From Thainema sp. (lineage in GTDB: Bacteria > Cyanobacteriota > Cyanobacteriia > Phormidesmidales > Phormidesmidaceae), in NCBI GenBank assembly GCA_052168235.1, contig JBQLZK010000083.1:1-23893 (forward strand): 23,893 bases of DNA, in the 5' to 3' direction. A model generated the notes under the pieces. That model saw only the letters and a program-made list of their open reading frames with translations. It made no database searches and had not been told where the DNA came from. The translations under genes and the position numbers were made by a program. Positions within the stretch are counted from its first letter, which is position 1. Each line of letters begins with the position of its first letter. Shown piece after piece: positions 18,204 to 23,893 of the stretch.

Positions 18204-19097
18204 TCACAATTGTGAAGCGCCCTTCCACCAAAGCATCCGGTTTTGAAGTTGCCGGAAGCCGACATCCAGGAGATAGCCTACTAAGCCAATCACGGCCATG
18301 CCTAGAAACATTAGCTTGGCGTTGAACATTTGACGCCCTACCATGACGATCGCCCCTAATCCAGTATTGACCCCTACCATTTCAGCCGCCAGCACTGCCA
18401 TCCACGCTGCAAAAAAGTTGATGCGCAGAATGAAAAACAGGTCAGGAATAATGGCAGGCAGGATGACTTTAAACATCACCTGCCGCCGACTGGCACCCAA
18501 GACTCTCGCCGTATTGATATAGAGCTGATTGACATTACGAATGGCATTCACCGTGGCTAAGGTCAGCAAGAAGAAAATGCCGACGAACACAACGAAAATT
18601 GCCGCATTATCACCAATGCCAAAGGCCATTATGGCAAAGGGAATCCAGGCAATGGGGGCGATGGGAGCCAGCAACGTAATCACGGGCAACGTTAACTTGC
18701 CAAACAGATCAAAGTAGCAGGCCAGCCCACCGACGCCCAAGGCCGCCACAAATCCCATGACTAGACCAATCATTACTCGCTTCAGAGTAGCTACGATCGC
18801 GGTCAATAAAACAAAGTTGCCTCCTGTCCGCTCGACCCCGATTCTGGGGGCAAGGAACTGATCCTGGTTAGCAATTTCGGCGAAAAATTGGTGGGGGGGC
18901 GGCAGGATGATCGTGTTGGTCCACCCCAGTACGGTAATCAGTTCCCAGATACCAATGAAAAGAGCCAGCGAAATCACCCACCACATCATCGATTGCGCTG
19001 TGTTTTTGGCCCAACGGGTGCGCGCGGCTTGCTGGGTTCGACGATTCGATGGCGATCGAACCTGAGGAGACGTTTTGGGTGGCATTTTGGTTGTCAT
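18204..19097 (-). CDS. NitT/TauT-family ABC permease
   Basis: ILPPP, PIAPIAWIP, TARVLGAS, VILPAIIP, AWMAVLAAEM..GLG. Confidence 0.92.
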   Translation of the reverse strand: MTTKMPPKTSPQVRSPSNRRTQQAARTRWAKNTAQSMMWWVISLALFIGIWELITVLGWTNTIILPPPHQFFAEIANQDQFLAPRIGVERTGGNFVLLTAIVATLKRVMIGLVMGFVAALGVGGLACYFDLFGKLTLPVITLLAPIAPIAWIPFAIMAFGIGDNAAIFVVFVGIFFLLTLATVNAIRNVNQLYINTARVLGASRRQVMFKVILPAIIPDLFFILRINFFAAWMAVLAAEMVGVNTGLGAIVMVGRQMFNAKLMFLGMAVIGLVGYLLDVGFRQLQNRMLWWKGASQL

Positions 19098-19196
19098 GAT
19101 GGGGAATTAGCTAGCGTCAACGAGAGCAGTAAAGAGAAAAGCATGGGGTGAATTTGTCGGGAGCAGGCGTTAGCGAGGTTTCCATGCCAAATACGG

Positions 19197-20243
19197 TTAC
19201 ACCGTGGTTTTGACCTTCACCCGCTCCCACAACTCGGGACTTTCTGCGATCACCTCTTCGAGCAGCGAGAAATTGACGAAGTTGTCATCGAGGTCGGCAT
19301 TGATGTAATTCAATTCCTTCATGCTCTGGGCGCGGCTATACATAAAGTCGCGCTTGTCACGAATATCAACGCCAGGGGGCTGAGCTTGAGCGGCGGCTAG
19401 CAGGCTTTCCATATCGGTCTTGTAGTATTTGTCGATAGTGGTTTTAGCCGCTTCTTCAAAGCTGTTCTCGATTTGGTACTGGGCTTCAAAGAAGACCCGA
19501 ATCACGTCTTTCACTACCTCCGGTTCGGCCTCGATGACCTCGTTCCGAACGGCGAGTACGCAGTCGGGATAGCCCGCGCCATAGATGTCGGTGCCATCGC
19601 CAAGGATGTTGCCATTGGTAGAAGTTTTCGCCTTGGTCGCATAGGGTTCAATGTGGCTCACCGCGTCTACCTGACCTGCTACATAAGCATTGAGCAACTC
19701 GGTGGAGTCGCCTAGATAAACCATTTCTACATCGTCGTAGGTCAGGCCCTCTTTCTTGAGGTAGTCATAGACCACCACGTCTAGCGTGTCTGCCTGGAAG
19801 GTAGCGACCTTTTTCCCTTTAAGTTCAGCGAAGGATTTAATTTCGGGCTTGGCCACGACAATCAAGCCTTCCACACCGCTACCAGCAACGACTTGGAAAG
19901 AAGCCCCTTGGGTATAGGCTGCGATCGCATTCGTAAAAGGAATCACCGCCATCTCGACCTGTCCCGTTGCCAACTGGACGGCTACGTCAGCAGGCATGGG
20001 AGTCAAGGCAGCAGTTCCGGTAAAGCCATATTGACTAAACAACTGCTTTTCGGCGGAATAGAACAACGGCATGTTGCAGATACCCGCACCGTGGGCGAAC
20101 TTAATTTCGCGCCCACCATGAGAGGATGCAGTTTTGGTCCCGTTGCTAGCACAACTGCTTAAAATCGAAAGCATGGCAGGCGTTAGGGCAGCGCCCACAC
20201 TCATGCCGAGAAAACGGCGACGACTAGTACTTGAACGAAACAT
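19197..20243 (-). CDS. NitT/TauT (NMT1/SsuA-like) ABC substrate-binding lipoprotein
   Basis: SRRRFLG signal, LSSC lipobox, ELKGKKVA, GQVDAVSHIEPY. Adjacent to the cognate permease and ATPase. Confidence 0.88.
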   Translation of the reverse strand: MFRSSTSRRRFLGMSVGAALTPAMLSILSSCASNGTKTASSHGGREIKFAHGAGICNMPLFYSAEKQLFSQYGFTGTAALTPMPADVAVQLATGQVEMAVIPFTNAIAAYTQGASFQVVAGSGVEGLIVVAKPEIKSFAELKGKKVATFQADTLDVVVYDYLKKEGLTYDDVEMVYLGDSTELLNAYVAGQVDAVSHIEPYATKAKTSTNGNILGDGTDIYGAGYPDCVLAVRNEVIEAEPEVVKDVIRVFFEAQYQIENSFEEAAKTTIDKYYKTDMESLLAAAQAQPPGVDIRDKRDFMYSRAQSMKELNYINADLDDNFVNFSLLEEVIAESPELWERVKVKTTV

Positions 20244-20354
20244 AAGGCGTTCTCCTTTTCAATTCAGCAATTCAAGGGCAAACAGCAAAAGCGAAAACTT
20301 TTTCTGAGTTACAAAGTTGCTTTGGGTCGTAGCGATCGCGACTAGCCAGCCGCT

Positions 20355-21908
20355 TCAGCAAGCCGGACAACGACAGTTAGGGCTGTAAAAAGACTCACAA
20401 GACTTAGGATCAAACCAACCGTCATAGACCTTCTTCACATAGGGGAAAACTTCTTTGGCGAGTTCGCGACGCCGCAATTCATCTGGGGTGAGCGGTGCCC
20501 GCATCGACTCGGCCAGTTCCTCTAACAAAGCGTCCTTATCGACGCGGGTAAACTTGCGGTCTTTGAGAATGACCTCACCATTGCACATCACCGTGTGAAT
20601 GCCGTGGGTGCGACTACGATGCAGTACCGCTTCCAGCACAGGAATCGTGTCGTCAAGATAGGGATAGGCCAGGTGATTCCAGTCCATCAGCACAATGTCG
20701 GCGGCTTTTCCGGGCTCTAATGTGCCAACTTCCTTCGCAAAGCGAGTGGTGTGGGCACCGTTTTCCGTTGCCATCTGGAAAACTTGAGCGGCAGCGGGGA
20801 CGAGATTATCCATTCCCGGTTCACGATGTAGCTTGAGAACGAGGCGCATCTCTTGCAGCATGTCGCGATCGTCGTTAATGCCTGCTTCATCTAGGCCCAT
20901 GCCGACTCGCACACCTTTTTTGGCGTAGTAGTTCAACGGCGCGATCCCGCTTTGCAGTCGCAGATTAGAGCTGGCGTTGTGGCAAATCATCGTACCCGTT
21001 TCGGCAATCAAGTCGATATCTTCTTCGGTGAGCCAAACGCCGTGCCCTAAGGTCAGGTGCTCTCCGAGGATGCCGAGCTTATTAAGATGCTTAACCGCAG
21101 TAGTTCCTGTGCGACGCTTCGCATATTCCATCTGGTAGGGCGTCTCGAGCAGGTGCATGTGCATGCCGACGCCATACTTCTGAGCGTACTCGTTTTGCTG
21201 CGTCAGTGCCTCATCGTCGCACCAGTGCAGGTTGGCTGGAGCCAATTGAATGCGGATGCGATCGCTCCCCTTGCCTTCCCACGCCTGCCACAGCGATTCA
21301 AAGAACCACAGATAATCTTTCAGCGGCACCTCGTGGGGCTTCAGCAGGGCTTCCATATCGGCAGCAATGCTGGGGGGCAGCTTCGCGACAAACTCATCGT
21401 TCGATTCGTAAACGAAGTGGTTCTGCGTGCGGACGCCAAAGCAGTACGAAACCCGCATCCCAATGTCTTCGTAAGCTTTCAGCAGGTTGGCGGTGATGTC
21501 GGGCCAATTGCCCGCTGGTCCCGGCAACCAGCCGTGAATGTGCTGCACGGTGGTAATCCCCGACTCAATCATCTCGAACGCGGAGTACATTGTGTCGAGG
21601 TAAAAATCGACCTTGCGAGCCGAGAGGCGGGAGGCAAACCACAGCTCCAGCGGATAGTCGAGGGAACCGAGTTGCAGTGGGGTTAAACCTACATGGTGGT
21701 GGCTATTGACAAACCCCGGCATCACGACATCGTGGTCAGATCCCAGCACTTCATCGGGGTGATATTTAGCCGCTAATTCTTCATAAGGCCCGATTTCAAT
21801 AATGCGGCCATCCTGTTGAAAAACAGCCCCGTTTTCTAAAATTTCTGCCTCAGTACGACTGAGAGATTTGGTGATAACATATTTGCCGCGAACAAGCGTT
21901 GAAGCCAT
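20355..21908 (-). CDS. Metal-dependent amidohydrolase (AtzA/TrzA-like deaminase) with Cys-rich tail
   Basis: PGFVNSHHH, HLLET, GHGVW, SNLRLQSG, GLDE, GTLEPGKAADIV. Ends in CESFYSPNCRCPAC. Confidence 0.9.
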   Translation of the reverse strand: MASTLVRGKYVITKSLSRTEAEILENGAVFQQDGRIIEIGPYEELAAKYHPDEVLGSDHDVVMPGFVNSHHHVGLTPLQLGSLDYPLELWFASRLSARKVDFYLDTMYSAFEMIESGITTVQHIHGWLPGPAGNWPDITANLLKAYEDIGMRVSYCFGVRTQNHFVYESNDEFVAKLPPSIAADMEALLKPHEVPLKDYLWFFESLWQAWEGKGSDRIRIQLAPANLHWCDDEALTQQNEYAQKYGVGMHMHLLETPYQMEYAKRRTGTTAVKHLNKLGILGEHLTLGHGVWLTEEDIDLIAETGTMICHNASSNLRLQSGIAPLNYYAKKGVRVGMGLDEAGINDDRDMLQEMRLVLKLHREPGMDNLVPAAAQVFQMATENGAHTTRFAKEVGTLEPGKAADIVLMDWNHLAYPYLDDTIPVLEAVLHRSRTHGIHTVMCNGEVILKDRKFTRVDKDALLEELAESMRAPLTPDELRRRELAKEVFPYVKKVYDGWFDPKSCESFYSPNCRCPAC

Positions 21909-22218
21909 ATTTCACTTAGATAAATAGGCGGGACAAAGAAGATCGAGACTATTTCGATCTTAGCGATTAGCTTGTGCTAATCAACCTGAAGAATGACGCC
22001 AGAATTAACTAGATAAAGCAAGTAAGCTTCTTTATCTAAAACCGACGATTCAACCTAATTGTGTAAATACTTCTCTGGCGTTGACCAGACCGAATTCAGG
22101 CAAAACACAAAACGTCATGGCCAGAAAAGTCTTCAGGAAATGTTGCGCTAGTATCCAGGGGACACCTTCCTTCAGAGGCTTCAACCACGCCAAGCTAAGC
22201 CCGAACTTATTAGCAACG

Positions 22219-22261
22219 ATATTACGAAGGACTGTCCTCAGGGGTTGTATACTCAGTTACA
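22219..22261 (-). promoter_or_regulatory. Class II NtcA promoter P4 for the 21908-15074 operon
   Basis: T-GTA-tactcagt-TAC-A at 22246-22261, 22 nt spacer (22225-22246), minus-strand -10 TAATAT at 22219-22224. Confidence 0.72.
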
Positions 22262-22381
22262 CTTAGCTATGTCAAATATTTCTCTAAGGTCTTTTGTAGA
22301 GAAGTTGTAATTCTTTTAGGGTTGTCTTAAAAGCGGATGTTGCGCTTCAGAGTCCTTATCTATGCTGATTTGAAGTATCGC

Positions 22382-22387
22382 TATAAT
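22382..22387 (+). promoter_or_regulatory. Possible -10 element for the amidase at 22452
   Basis: Consensus TATAAT about 65 nt upstream of the ATG. No -35 or NtcA box found at the expected distance. Confidence 0.3.
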
Positions 22388-22451
22388 TTGGCGATTAGAA
22401 GGTTGTCGTCCAAGCCATTTTGTGTTGACATTCTTGAATTTTTCGAAGGGT

Positions 22452-23801
22452 ATGAAATACTTCACTGCAAGCACAGCAGTTACGCAGATGGAACATGATC
22501 GACTCTCCTTGTCAAGAATCTTAGATAGTTGCTTGCAGCGAATTGATAGCAGAGAAGCGGTTGTTCAAGCGTGGACTTTTTTGGCGGTAGAGGCAGCTCA
22601 ACAACAAGCCGCTAGACACGCACAACAATTGCGCGCGAGATCTCCCCAGGCAGTGTTGACGCAGTTTCCCTTGTTGGGTATTCCGGTTGGTGTTAAAGAT
22701 ATTTATGCCACGGTTGACATGCCCACTGCCTGGGGGCTGCCGCTTTATCGCGATCGCTATCTGCTTGAGGAGGCGGAAGTGGTGACTCGCCTCAAGGCTG
22801 CTGGTGCCATTATTTTAGGCAAAACTGTGACGACCGAGTTGGCAACGGCAGCAGCGGGTCCTACTCACAATCCCCATAACCTCGACCATACCCCTGGAGG
22901 TAGTTCGAGCGGTTCGGCGGCAGCCGTCGCTGATGGGATGGTACCGATCGCGATCGGCTCGCAGACGATGGGGTCGATTCTCCGTCCGGCTGCTTATTGC
23001 GGTATTTTTGGCTTCAAACCTAGCTTTGGCAGTATTTCGCGCCAAGGGGTGATGCCAGTATCAGCCGATCTTGATCATGTTGGTATCTTTGCTCGCTGTT
23101 TACAGGACATTGATCGAGTACTCGAGGTGCTGAGAGATCCAGGGGATACCTCATGCTCATACTCAGAAACGCGATCGCCCCAATTCAGCCGTCCTCCTAA
23201 ACTTGCCTGGATCAAAACGCCCAACTGGCATCTCATCGATCCCCTTGCTCAAACTCACTTGCAACAGGTGGCCGATGTTTTGTCCAAAGCAGGCATTGAT
23301 ATTAACGCTATTGAGTTACCGAACGACTGCGCTGACTTTTGGGAAACAGTCCAAACGCTGTGCGCCTATGGACTGTATCAGCATCACGGCCAGTTACTAG
23401 ACAACTCGTCATCGGAATGTTCGCCTAAACTGCAAGCCTGGTTGAAGCGTGGAAAGCAAATCGACCTATCGATGTACGCAGTTGCACTGCGTAAACAGGA
23501 GCAATACCGGGCCAGCATTGACACCCTGTTTAATCAATTTGATGCGGTTCTGACCCCCGTCACCACCGGCCCTGCGCCCCAAGGCTTAGAAAATACTGGG
23601 TCCCCTTTATTTTGTGCTCTATGGACCGTCTGTGGTTTACCTGCCATCAACATTCCCATCGGTCAAACGCGGGACAGTTTGCCTTTGGGATGTCAGCTAG
23701 TCGGACGTTTCAACTGCGATCGCCAGCTTTTATCCATTGCCGAATACTGTTGGCAGCATATTGAACCTACTTTTGGTGGAATTAATATTCCAAGCAGATA
23801 A
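22452..23801 (+). CDS. Amidase-signature family amidase
   Basis: GIPVGVKD, GKTVTTE, PGGSSSGSAAAV, GSQTMGSILRPAAYCG. ATG 22452 behind GAAGGG preferred to 22422. Confidence 0.9.
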   Translation: MKYFTASTAVTQMEHDRLSLSRILDSCLQRIDSREAVVQAWTFLAVEAAQQQAARHAQQLRARSPQAVLTQFPLLGIPVGVKDIYATVDMPTAWGLPLYRDRYLLEEAEVVTRLKAAGAIILGKTVTTELATAAAGPTHNPHNLDHTPGGSSSGSAAAVADGMVPIAIGSQTMGSILRPAAYCGIFGFKPSFGSISRQGVMPVSADLDHVGIFARCLQDIDRVLEVLRDPGDTSCSYSETRSPQFSRPPKLAWIKTPNWHLIDPLAQTHLQQVADVLSKAGIDINAIELPNDCADFWETVQTLCAYGLYQHHGQLLDNSSSECSPKLQAWLKRGKQIDLSMYAVALRKQEQYRASIDTLFNQFDAVLTPVTTGPAPQGLENTGSPLFCALWTVCGLPAINIPIGQTRDSLPLGCQLVGRFNCDRQLLSIAEYCWQHIEPTFGGINIPSR

Positions 23802-23893
23802 GGCTTCAAAATTGGTTCTGTCCCCAATATGTAGCAGTGGTAGTGGTGCGTCAACAAATAGATGACGGCCAGCTAAAGTAAGAAAAACGCTTC

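Larger units (their letters stand above)
661..23723. repeat. HIP1 octamers (GCGATCGC), dispersed
   Basis: Counted by eye at 661, 1303, 5774, 6913, 7846, 7897, 8549, 8555, 12449, 12852, 14502, 15624, 16717, 16974, 19921, 20332, 21258, 22750, 23171 and 23716. Fewer than one copy is expected by chance. Confidence 0.9.

Noticed and set aside
21057..21686. 209 aa plus-strand ORF, and similar long shadows such as 13654-14403 and 1492-1872
   Set aside because: Antisense or off-frame overlaps of well-supported genes, with no domain signal.
364..21908. Assigning atzA/triA/guaD/codA/atzE names, or a cyanuric-acid pathway
   Set aside because: Only superfamily motifs are visible, and no AtzD or biuret hydrolase gene is present in the window.
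21909..22212. Guanidine-I or xanthine (NMT1) riboswitch upstream of the NitT/TauT operon
   Set aside because: I could not find their consensus elements by eye; kept only as an unnamed structured-leader candidate.
22081..22266. 61 aa ORF in the divergent intergenic region
   Set aside because: TTG start with no RBS; overlaps promoter P4 and its leader on the opposite strand.
22296..22320. Further NtcA box for the last amidase
   Set aside because: The GTA triplets here lack TAC at the N8 distance.
1..23893. CRISPR arrays, tRNA/rRNA genes, phage or defence genes
   Set aside because: No repeat-spacer structure or such motifs seen; the window is nearly fully occupied by metabolic and transport genes.

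Overview
Cyanobacterial DNA (at least 19 HIP1 GCGATCGC octamers). Almost the whole window (364-23801) is one hydrolytic catabolic cluster. It encodes three metal-dependent amidohydrolases (deaminase type), a dihydropyrimidinase/D-hydantoinase, a PuuE-like allantoinase homologue, two amidase-signature enzymes, two Asp/Glu-racemase-superfamily proteins plus a deleted remnant of a third, three complete ABC importers (PotABCD-like, polar amino-acid type, NitT/TauT type), a stand-alone DUF1980-like domain protein, and a GntR/FCD regulator with an IS1-InsA-like zinc ribbon at its C-terminus. Four transcription units are each preceded by a canonical class II NtcA promoter with identical geometry (GTA-N8-TAC, 22 nt, TAN3T). 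In three of the four, the -10 box (TACAGT) overlaps a TGTATACA-type palindrome, the likely GntR operator. I infer an uncharacterised, dual-controlled nitrogen-scavenging system for N-heterocycles or cyclic amides; the substrate cannot be determined from sequence. The left edge (1-342) looks like three stacked IS 3' ends. All family assignments are from motif recognition, not database searches.
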